The notes: a model not told the origin generated them from the sequence alone. A stretch of 32,000 bases of DNA from Candidatus Omnitrophota bacterium (GCA_963662715.1 OY759724.1:2250001-2282000); one strand, 5' to 3'. Positions 18,707 to 26,157 are shown, counted from the first letter of the stretch. Numbers and translations are program-made.

Positions 18707-20506
18707 ATGAAATTTTCTGTCCGTTCTGCGGGTTTGCAAACCGCAAAGAACAAAAAAATAAACCGCATTGCCGTCGGCCTGAGTTCCTGCGGGATTGCCG
18801 CGGGAGCCAGAGAGGTGTTCCAGGCCCTGGAGCAAGAGGTTGCCTCGAAAGGTCTCGAGGTTTCTTTGACGCAATGCGGATGTGTCGGGATGTGTTATGC
18901 TGAACCGCTCATGGAAGTTTTTACCGCAGACGGTGCAAGCGTGTTATACGGGGGGGTCAATGCGGCGGCGGCCCGGGAGATTTTACAGAGGCATATTGTC
19001 GAAGCAAATCCCTCTCACGAGGCGATCAAAAAATATGTCATAGAAATTCCTTCTAAACAGGTGCGTATCGTTCTACGAAATTGCGGGGTGATCGATCCGG
19101 AAGATATCACGGATTATATGGATCACAACGGTTATGCCGCGATTAAGAAGATATTGAAAGATTATTCTCCCGATAAGGTTATTGAAGAATTGAAAATAAG
19201 CGGCTTGCGGGGGCGGGGAGGCGGCGGGTTCCCGACATGGATGAAATGGAATTTTGCCAGACAGGTCTCATCAGACCAGAAGTATGTTATCTGTAACGGC
19301 GATGAAGGCGATCCGGGTGCTTATATGGACCGTAGTGTTCTTGAGGGGGATCCGCATTCCGTTTTGGAAGGCATGATGATTGCCGGATATACCATCGGAG
19401 CCAGCAAGGGGTTTCTTTATATCCGGGCGGAATATCCCCTGGCGATTGAACGCATTAATAAAGCCATCGACCAGGCCCGGCAGAGCCATTTGCTGGGAGA
19501 GAACATTATGGGAACAGATTTTTCCTTTGATCTGGAAGTCCGTCTGGGCGCGGGAGCTTTTGTCTGCGGGGAAGAGACGGCGCTTATTGCTTCGATTGAG
19601 GGCAGACGGGGATGTCCGGTTCCCCGCCCTCCGTATCCGTCGGTCAAGGGGCTGTGGGGAAAACCGACCGTTATCAATAACGTTGAGACGCTGGCCAATA
19701 TTCCGGCTATTCTTGATCAGGGCGGGAACTGGTTTTCCTCCATCGGAACCGAACAGTCCAAAGGGACAAAGGTTTTCGCCCTGACCGGCAAAGTCAAGAA
19801 TACCGGTCTTATTGAAGTGCCTATGGGGACGACTTTGAGAGAAATTGTTTATGATATCGGCGGAGGAATTTTGAATGACAGGAAAATCAAGGCGGTGCAG
19901 ACCGGAGGTCCTTCGGGAGGCGTGATCCCGCAGGATTTCTTGGATACCCCGGTGGATTACGAAAATCTCCAAAAGCTTGGTTCCATTATGGGGTCCGGCG
20001 GGATGATCGTTATGGATGAAGATGACTGTATGATCGATATCGCGAAATTTTATTTGGGTTTTTGTGTCGATGAGTCCTGCGGGAAGTGCGCCCCTTGCCG
20101 CATCGGGGGCACACAGATGCTCAGGATACTTACAGAAATTTCTGAAGGAAAAGCTGACGAGGAAGATATCGCTAAGCTGCGCCAGCTTTCTTTGGCCATG
20201 CAGAAGGCCTCGCTTTGCGGGCTCGGCCAGACAGCCGCCAATCCTGTCTTATCGACTCTGAAGTATTTTAAAGACGAGTATGACCGTCATGTGCATGATA
20301 AAACCTGTCCGGCCGGTAAATGCCGGGGACTTTATCATTACGTTATATCCCAGGAGCGTTGCAAGCGCTGCGGGTTATGTTTGCGTCATTGTCCGACACA
20401 GGCGATCACGGGGAGCCGGGATGAGCCGTATTTGATTCACCAGGAAAAATGTATCCAATGCGGGCAGTGTTTTGAGGTTTGTAAATTTAAAGCGATTGAT
20501 CGATAA
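18707..20506 (+). CDS. hydB: NuoF-like NAD(P)H/FMN-binding subunit HydB of a multimeric (bifurcating-type) [FeFe] hydrogenase
   Basis: An N-terminal thioredoxin-like 2Fe-2S region (SSCGIAAGA...CGCVGMCYAEP) is followed by GLRGRGGGGFPT, the FMN/NADH motifs CNGDEGDPGAYMDR and GAGAFVCGEETAL, the 4Fe-4S motif ESCGKCAPCR...LCGLG, and a C-terminal 2x[4Fe-4S] ferredoxin (CKRCGLCLRHCP, CIQCGQCFEVC). Confidence 0.92.
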   Translation: MKFSVRSAGLQTAKNKKINRIAVGLSSCGIAAGAREVFQALEQEVASKGLEVSLTQCGCVGMCYAEPLMEVFTADGASVLYGGVNAAAAREILQRHIVEANPSHEAIKKYVIEIPSKQVRIVLRNCGVIDPEDITDYMDHNGYAAIKKILKDYSPDKVIEELKISGLRGRGGGGFPTWMKWNFARQVSSDQKYVICNGDEGDPGAYMDRSVLEGDPHSVLEGMMIAGYTIGASKGFLYIRAEYPLAIERINKAIDQARQSHLLGENIMGTDFSFDLEVRLGAGAFVCGEETALIASIEGRRGCPVPRPPYPSVKGLWGKPTVINNVETLANIPAILDQGGNWFSSIGTEQSKGTKVFALTGKVKNTGLIEVPMGTTLREIVYDIGGGILNDRKIKAVQTGGPSGGVIPQDFLDTPVDYENLQKLGSIMGSGGMIVMDEDDCMIDIAKFYLGFCVDESCGKCAPCRIGGTQMLRILTEISEGKADEEDIAKLRQLSLAMQKASLCGLGQTAANPVLSTLKYFKDEYDRHVHDKTCPAGKCRGLYHYVISQERCKRCGLCLRHCPTQAITGSRDEPYLIHQEKCIQCGQCFEVCKFKAIDR

Positions 20507-20522
20507 ACCTGAAACTTCAGGT
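20507..20522. repeat. 7-bp inverted repeat with 2-nt centre in the hydB-hydA spacer
   Basis: The sequence is ACCTGAA-AC-TTCAGGT, immediately after the hydB stop and upstream of the hydA GAAGGAG ribosome-binding site. Its function is unknown. Confidence 0.3.
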
Positions 20523-20535
20523 AGAAGGAGTTATT

Positions 20536-22281
20536 ATGGGAAAAGCAATTATTAACGATATTCCGGTTGAGTTTGATCCGGGGATGACAATCCTGGAGGC
20601 CGCCGAGAAAGTACAGGTTAAGATCCCGAGGTTATGCTATCATCCTGACGTCAAGCCGACGGCCGCCTGCGGTATTTGTATTGTCAAATTGAAGGGGTCA
20701 TCCAAGATGTTGCGGTCGTGTTGCACGCCTATTGAAGAAGGGATGGATATCATCACCCATGATCCGCAGATCGTCGCCGTGCGCCGCACGGTGGTTGAAA
20801 TGATCCTGTCCAATCATCCTAACGACTGTCTGACCTGCGGACGTAACAATAACTGTGAATTGCAGACGATCATGGCGGATTTCGGGATCCGGGAGGAAAC
20901 GTTTGATAAAATTGTCCGTGATCTGCCCAAAGATACCAGCACCGGCACCATCGTCTTGGAGCCGAGTAAATGTATTAAATGCGGGCGTTGTGTCACCGTC
21001 TGCCAGGAGACCCAGAACGTCTGGGCTTTATCGTTTTTAGAGCGGGGGGTCAACACCCGTTTTGCCCCGGCCGGGGATATTTCGCTCGGTGACTCGCCGT
21101 GTGTCCGGTGCGGACAATGTTCCGCTCATTGTCCGACCGGCGCCATATTTGAATATGACCAGACACCCCGGGTCTGGGATGCTCTGCAGGACCCGGATAA
21201 AATCTGCATCGTCCAGATTGCCCCTTCGGTTCGGGTGGCCCTGGGAGAAGGTTTTGGTTTCCCTCCCGGCACAAATCTGACAAAGAAAATTTATGCCCTC
21301 CTGCGGCGTATGGGCTTCCAGGCGGTCTTTGACACCAATTTTTCCGCGGATGTCACGATTATGGAAGAGGCGAGTGAATTTGTGGAAAGGTTTATTTACA
21401 AGAAAGGGCCTTTGCCGCTTATCACCACCTGTTGCCCGTCGTGGGTGGATTTTATGGAAAAATTCCAGACCGACATGATCGAGCATTTCTCTTCGGCCAA
21501 ATCGCCTCAGGCCATGCTGGGGGCCCTGGCTAAAACGTATTATCCGCAGAAGGAAGGCCTTGATGCGTCCAAGATTTTTATGGTCTCCATTATGCCGTGC
21601 ACGGCTAAAAAATATGAAATCAACCGCAGCGACGATATGTTCTCTTCCGGGTTTCAGGATACGGATATGGTTTTAACCACCCGGGAATTAATCCGTATGA
21701 TTAAGCAGATGGGGATTGATTTTAACGAGCTGCCGGAAGAAGAACCGGACCATTTGATGGGAGACTACTCCGGAGCCGGGGTGATTTTCGGGGCTACCGG
21801 CGGGGTGATGGAAGCGGCTTTGCGCACCGCCTATTATCTGGTGACCAAAGAGAATTTGAAAGATGTGAACTTCCGTAATGTCCGGGGGTTAAAAGGGGTG
21901 AAGGAAACCTCCGTGACCATTCACGGGACGGAAATCAGAATCGCCGTGGCTCATGGACTGGTTAATGTGGAATACGTTTTGCAGAAAGTTAGAACGGCCA
22001 AAGAGAACGGAGAGCCGCTCCCTTATCATTTTATTGAAGTTATGGCCTGCCCCGGGGGATGTGTCGGCGGCGGCGGTCAGCCGTATGGCGTTAATGATGA
22101 TGTGCGCAGGGCAAGAGCTCAGGGGTTGTATGAGGATGACGAGCAGAATACGGTGCGTTACAGCCATGAAAATCCCTATATTAAGACGCTGTATGCGGAG
22201 TTCCTGGAAGAGCCTTTGAGTGAGAAGGCTCACCATCTGCTGCACACCAAATATATTCCGAGGCCAGAATATAAAAAGTAA
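20536..22281 (+). CDS. hydA: [FeFe]-hydrogenase catalytic subunit HydA (N-terminal 2Fe-2S plus 4Fe-4S accessory clusters, H-cluster domain)
   Basis: All three H-cluster signatures are present: L1 TTCCPSW, L2 MPCTAKKYE and L3 EVMACPGGCVGGGGQP. The N-terminal NuoG-like region carries CYHP...CGICIV, HPNDCLTCGRNNNCELQ, CIKCGRCVTVC and CVRCGQCSAHCP. Confidence 0.95.
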   Translation: MGKAIINDIPVEFDPGMTILEAAEKVQVKIPRLCYHPDVKPTAACGICIVKLKGSSKMLRSCCTPIEEGMDIITHDPQIVAVRRTVVEMILSNHPNDCLTCGRNNNCELQTIMADFGIREETFDKIVRDLPKDTSTGTIVLEPSKCIKCGRCVTVCQETQNVWALSFLERGVNTRFAPAGDISLGDSPCVRCGQCSAHCPTGAIFEYDQTPRVWDALQDPDKICIVQIAPSVRVALGEGFGFPPGTNLTKKIYALLRRMGFQAVFDTNFSADVTIMEEASEFVERFIYKKGPLPLITTCCPSWVDFMEKFQTDMIEHFSSAKSPQAMLGALAKTYYPQKEGLDASKIFMVSIMPCTAKKYEINRSDDMFSSGFQDTDMVLTTRELIRMIKQMGIDFNELPEEEPDHLMGDYSGAGVIFGATGGVMEAALRTAYYLVTKENLKDVNFRNVRGLKGVKETSVTIHGTEIRIAVAHGLVNVEYVLQKVRTAKENGEPLPYHFIEVMACPGGCVGGGGQPYGVNDDVRRARAQGLYEDDEQNTVRYSHENPYIKTLYAEFLEEPLSEKAHHLLHTKYIPRPEYKK

Positions 22282-22300
22282 CCATAAGAAGGAGGGGGTA

Positions 22301-22684
22301 ATGACAAAGAAAATATTAATGGTGGATGATGATCAGGATTTTGCCCAGGCTGTAACCGATTTGGTCGAGACTCAAGGATACACGCTGGTGTATGCGATAA
22401 ACGGTGAGTCAGGTTTTCAGAAAGCAAAAGAGGACAAGCCGGACCTCATTCTTCTGGACGTTATGATGACCCATGAAACAGAAGGTTTTGATATTTCGCG
22501 CAAACTGCATGAAGAAGAAACGACGAAGAATATCCCTGTGATTGTGGTCACCGGAATCCGCAAGGAAACGGGGGTGCCGTTTAAGTATGAACCGGATGAA
22601 GTCTGGCTGCCGGTCAAGGCCGTGATTGAGAAGCCCATTGACCCGGAGAAATTTTTAAAAGTTATTGAAGAACAGCTGAAATAG
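22301..22684 (+). CDS. Stand-alone response-regulator receiver protein (no output domain), paralog of the REC domain of REC-HydC
   Basis: The motifs are MTKKILMVDDDQDF, PDLILLDVMMTHETEG, IPVIVVTG and LPVKAVIEKP. AAGGAGGGGG lies just upstream of ATG 22301; the ORF-track start at 22220 lies inside hydA. Confidence 0.88.
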   Translation: MTKKILMVDDDQDFAQAVTDLVETQGYTLVYAINGESGFQKAKEDKPDLILLDVMMTHETEGFDISRKLHEEETTKNIPVIVVTGIRKETGVPFKYEPDEVWLPVKAVIEKPIDPEKFLKVIEEQLK

Positions 22685-22806
22685 GCTAAAAGCCGCCTGT
22701 TTCGATATCTGTCAAAAGGACAAAGCCATGAAAGGGACACCGAAATCTTTAAGATTGCCGTTGAGGTTATTTGGCCGGACAAACGCCGGGAAGTCCAGTT
22801 GATGTC

Positions 22807-23802
22807 ATGAAACAACCGGATATTTATAAAATATTATCGGCTGAAGACCCCTTGCCGGAAATCCTGCACCGTGCAGACGCTGAACGCCAGCAACATTGCG
22901 GAGAGGATATCGTGATCCGGGGGCTTGTGGAGTTTTCCAGCCATTGTTGTTGGCAATGCCAGTACTGCGGGCTTCGGAAAGATAATTCTGACCTGGCCCG
23001 TTACCGGATGAGCTTGACAGAAATGATTGCCGCGTCACAGCAGGTTTTGGATGAGGGGATAGAAACAGTTGTTCTGCAGTCAGGGGATGATTTCGCGTTT
23101 ACGCGTGAAGACGTCGGGCTGGTTATCCGGTCGATAAAGAAAAGAATGCCGAATGTGGCGGTGACGCTTTGTCTCGGGGAACGTCCGCTGGATGATTATC
23201 AGTCTTTTTTTGACAGCGGCGCCGACCGTTATCTGCTGAAATTTGAAACAGCCAATCCTTTATTGTATCGTAAAATTCACCCTGGGCAGAATTTGATAAA
23301 ACGGCTTGCGCTGTTGGAACATCTCCGCAAGATCGGATACCAGGTCGGAACAGGCGACATTGTGGGGTTGCCGGGACAAACTATAGCGGATATTGTCCAG
23401 GATCTGGAATATTTGCGGGATTTTCAGCCGGAAATGATCGGTTTGGGACCTTTTATCCCTCAGCAGCAAACTCCTTTTGCGGACTATCCTGCGCCGCCTT
23501 CGGAATTGGTCTTAAAAGTTTTGGCCCTGGCCAGGATTTTTGTCCCTAACGCGCATGTCCCTGCCACAACAGCTTTGGCGACGCTGGGAGGCGATGATCT
23601 GCAGGCCCGGGCGCTGCAAGCGGGGGCTAATGTTCTGATGGTGAATTTTTCTCCCGGCGTGCATAAAGGGCTTTACCGTTTGTATGACAATAAGGCCAGC
23701 GTTGACTTCAGCACAGCGAAGAAAATTGCTGTTTCATTGAACCGGCCATTGTCTCTGGCGCGAAATGATGCCTTGTGCCGCATGGCCGGCCAGTCTTTTT
23801 AA
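22807..23802 (+). CDS. hydE: Radical-SAM [FeFe]-hydrogenase maturase HydE (BioB-like)
   Basis: The CX3CX2C motif occurs in the HydE context VEFSSHCCWQCQYCGLRKDN. A BioB/HydE-like TIM-barrel core is present (VVLQSGDD, TLCLGE, YLLKFET, GTGDIVGLPGQT). The gene sits in the hydrogenase operon. I chose ATG 22807; the track start at 22771 is a TTG. Confidence 0.75.
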   Translation: MKQPDIYKILSAEDPLPEILHRADAERQQHCGEDIVIRGLVEFSSHCCWQCQYCGLRKDNSDLARYRMSLTEMIAASQQVLDEGIETVVLQSGDDFAFTREDVGLVIRSIKKRMPNVAVTLCLGERPLDDYQSFFDSGADRYLLKFETANPLLYRKIHPGQNLIKRLALLEHLRKIGYQVGTGDIVGLPGQTIADIVQDLEYLRDFQPEMIGLGPFIPQQQTPFADYPAPPSELVLKVLALARIFVPNAHVPATTALATLGGDDLQARALQAGANVLMVNFSPGVHKGLYRLYDNKASVDFSTAKKIAVSLNRPLSLARNDALCRMAGQSF

Positions 23803-23862
23803 GCGCTTCTCCCGATACTGTGGAGAAAGCTTGTCAGGGTTGGTGTCTAAGTATTTTCTTGG

Positions 23863-23891
23863 TTGACAGGGGAGATGATTTAAGGTAAAAT
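23863..23891 (+). promoter_or_regulatory. Sigma70-type promoter for rplS
   Basis: TTGACA (23863-23868), an exact 17-nt spacer, then TAAAAT (23886-23891). This lies about 120 nt upstream of rplS. Confidence 0.65.
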
Positions 23892-23978
23892 TTCTCTTTA
23901 CTATTCTATTGTTTTATATCATGGGAACACAATAAGTTATTGATGCGTGGGAACGCACGGGAAGCCTGGTTGAATATC

Positions 23979-23996
23979 TGTCCTCCAGCGAGGACA
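23979..23996 (+). promoter_or_regulatory. Leader hairpin carrying a CCUCC anti-Shine-Dalgarno string just upstream of the rplS ribosome-binding site
   Basis: TGTCCTC-cagc-GAGGACA forms a 7-bp stem with a 4-nt loop and ends 4 nt before AAGGAGG (24001-24007). Its 5' arm CCTCC could alternatively pair with the SD sequence. Confidence 0.4.
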
Positions 23997-24014
23997 TTAT
24001 AAGGAGGGATGAAG

Positions 24015-24365
24015 GTGAATAAAGGAGAAATTATTGCTCAAATTGAAAAGAAATATTTAAGATCGGATCTGCCTAAGCTGGAAGTGGGAGATACGATCAA
24101 GATGCGGATAAAGGTCGTCGAAGCCGATAAGGAACGCATTCATCCTTTCGAAGGTTTTATTATCCGCAAGACAGGCAGAGGGTTAAAAGGGACGTTTACT
24201 GTCCGTAAGATTTCTTATGGCGAAGGGATCGAAAGGACATTTCCCATCCATTCCCCGGTCATTGAAAGTATTAAGGTCATAGCTAAAGGCGACGTACGGA
24301 GAGCAAAATTATACTACCTCCGTGACCGTATCGGTAAGAAAGCGCGAGTGAAAAAGAAAGTATAA
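24015..24365 (+). CDS. rplS: 50S ribosomal protein L19
   Basis: GDTIKMRIKVVEADKERIHPFEGFIIRK, FTVRKISYGEGIERTFPIHSP and RRAKLYYLRDRIGKKARV are present. GTG 24015 lies 7 nt after GGAGG, whereas the ORF-track ATG at 24009 is only 1 nt from the SD sequence. Confidence 0.93.
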   Translation: MNKGEIIAQIEKKYLRSDLPKLEVGDTIKMRIKVVEADKERIHPFEGFIIRKTGRGLKGTFTVRKISYGEGIERTFPIHSPVIESIKVIAKGDVRRAKLYYLRDRIGKKARVKKKV

Positions 24366-24397
24366 TATTATTTTGCCGAAGATACGATCCTGTATTT

Positions 24398-25054
24398 ATG
24401 AAATTTTCTGATATCTGCACGGCAGATATGTTCCAATTCGAAAACGAGGCTAAACACAAAGGGTTTAGCCTCGTTTTGGGTTTAGATGAAGCCGGACGCG
24501 GGCCGCTGGCCGGCCCGGTTGTCGCGGCGGCCGTGGCATTAAAATTTTTCCGGTTTACGCAAGTCATTCGTGATTCCAAGAAAATGACCCCCTTGCAACG
24601 AACACGCGCCTTTCACGACATTTATGAGAATGGATATGTCGGGGTGGGGATTGTCAGCAAGGCCGTGATCGATACGATCAATATTTCCCAGGCAACGTTC
24701 TGCGCTATGGCGAACGCGGTTTATCAATTGATTTCTTATCTCCCTGCCCCTTTGGCCCGTCCGGCTGCGCTGAAAAAGAATATGTGTCTGCTCGTTGACG
24801 GGAACCGTTTTCAGACAGATTTGCCGTATGCCTATCGGACAATTGTTTCCGGAGACGCCCGCAGCATTTCTATCGCCTGTGCTTCCGTTGTGGCCAAAGT
24901 TGTCAGAGACCGGATTCTCCTGACCTATGACCGGATTTATCCCCAGTACGGATTTAAGCAGCATAAAGGCTACCCCACGGAACAACACCGGAAAGCGCTT
25001 AAGCGTCATGGCCCTTCCCCGATCCATCGCTTGACCTATCAGAGTGGTCTATGA
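24398..25054 (+). CDS. rnhB: Ribonuclease HII
   Basis: GLDEAGRGPLAGPVVAAAV, DSKKMT and HKGYPT are present. It occupies the classic position after rplS. Confidence 0.92.
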   Translation: MKFSDICTADMFQFENEAKHKGFSLVLGLDEAGRGPLAGPVVAAAVALKFFRFTQVIRDSKKMTPLQRTRAFHDIYENGYVGVGIVSKAVIDTINISQATFCAMANAVYQLISYLPAPLARPAALKKNMCLLVDGNRFQTDLPYAYRTIVSGDARSISIACASVVAKVVRDRILLTYDRIYPQYGFKQHKGYPTEQHRKALKRHGPSPIHRLTYQSGL

Positions 25055-25431
25055 AACGAATGAAATCTTCATCGCATTTAGGAGCCTGGGGGGAAACCCT
25101 GGCTGCGGAGTATCTTCAGGAACAGGGGTATCGTATCCTGTGCCGCAATTACCGGACAAAATTAGGGGAGATCGATCTTGTCGCCCGGGAGAGGAACGTT
25201 ATCTGCTTTGTAGAGGTGAAGACGCGTGCCAGCCGTATGTACGGAAGCCCGATGGAATCTGTCTCCCGCGCGAAGCAGAGGAAGCTGACGCAGATGGCCC
25301 AATGCTATTTAGGCGCGTTTAATTTGGAGAAAGCCGTATGCCGGTTTGATGTCGTAGCCATTATGAAGCAGCCGGACGGAGGCCATTCGCTTGAACTGCT
25401 GCGGGATGCTTTTGAAGCGTCCGGAAATTAA
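25051..25431 (+). CDS. yraN: YraN-family (UPF0102) predicted endonuclease
   Basis: GAWGETLAAEYLQEQGYRIL, GEIDLVA, FVEVKTR and RFDVVA are present. The start overlaps the rnhB stop (ATGA), and rnhB-yraN is the usual pairing. Confidence 0.88.
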   Translation: MKRMKSSSHLGAWGETLAAEYLQEQGYRILCRNYRTKLGEIDLVARERNVICFVEVKTRASRMYGSPMESVSRAKQRKLTQMAQCYLGAFNLEKAVCRFDVVAIMKQPDGGHSLELLRDAFEASGN

Positions 25432-25454
25432 GAATGAAAAAAGCATTTCATGTA

Positions 25455-25483
25455 TTGCAAAAAAAAATTGTTTACGTTATGAT
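25455..25483 (+). promoter_or_regulatory. Sigma70-type promoter upstream of the fchA-like/folD pair
   Basis: TTGCAA (25455-25460), a 17-nt spacer, then TATGAT (25478-25483). This would give a leader of about 170 nt before ATG 25662. Confidence 0.5.
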
Positions 25484-25661
25484 AATTCCGTAATACATAA
25501 ACTTCGGAGTCGTCCCGTCCAAATTAGTAGATTGTTTCATGAGTAAATAGTCAAACATATTTATTAAGGAACAATCACTTATGCCGCATTTAACTCGTCA
25601 TTCATTTTAAAAGTGCGGTATTAGGCGAACCTCAAGACTATCAATTCATTATTTTAGAACC

Positions 25662-26153
25662 ATGGAAAAAAAATATATCGGTCAAAGTCTCAAAGCATAT
25701 TTAGAACAACTGTCTGCCCGGACGCCTGTTCCCGGAGGGGGCTCGGCGGCAGCCTTAACGGCGGCCTTGGGGGCCGCTCTTATTTCCATGGCGGCGCGTT
25801 ATGCTTTACGGAAAGATTTGCCGAAAGCCGATGAAAGACTTTTGAAAGAGGTTTTAAAACAGAGTGAGCGCATCAGAAAAAGGCTGCAGGTTTTGGTCGA
25901 CCTGGATGCTCAGGCTTATGCCCGGGTTGTTGCCACCCGTAAATCCCGGGCCTCTGCCCAAAAAGCGGCGTTGCGGCGGGCCCGCAGGGTCCCTTTGGAA
26001 GTCGCACAATTGTGCTACGCAGCTCTGGATTTGACCCCGCCTTTGGTGGAAAAAGGCAGCCCGTATTTATTGAGTGATGTAGCCGTGGCTGCTGAATTCC
26101 TGTTCGCCGCTTTCAAGTCGGCCATGATGAACGTGCAGGTCAATCAGGAATGA
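25662..26153 (+). CDS. Cyclodeaminase/cyclohydrolase-family protein (FTCD C-terminal domain; FchA-like methenyl-THF cyclohydrolase candidate)
   Basis: The signature TPVPGGGSAAALTAALGAALISMAARY, the VDLDAQAY and VPLEVA segments and the all-helical character match the family. The gene is adjacent to folD. Confidence 0.75.
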   Translation: MEKKYIGQSLKAYLEQLSARTPVPGGGSAAALTAALGAALISMAARYALRKDLPKADERLLKEVLKQSERIRKRLQVLVDLDAQAYARVVATRKSRASAQKAALRRARRVPLEVAQLCYAALDLTPPLVEKGSPYLLSDVAVAAEFLFAAFKSAMMNVQVNQE

Positions 26154-26157
26154 CGGA

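Noticed and set aside
25044-25322. A 92-aa + strand ORF overlapping yraN in another frame.
   Set aside because: It lies entirely within the rnhB/yraN coding sequence and has a Gly/Arg/Pro-rich product with no motifs. The yraN frame carries the family signatures.
25490-25661. ZTP (pfl-motif) or THF riboswitch upstream of the folate genes.
   Set aside because: The leader is AT-rich and lacks the conserved GC-rich cores I can recall, for example the CCGCCUGGGC-type 3' element of ZTP. It is reported only as an unclassified structured leader.
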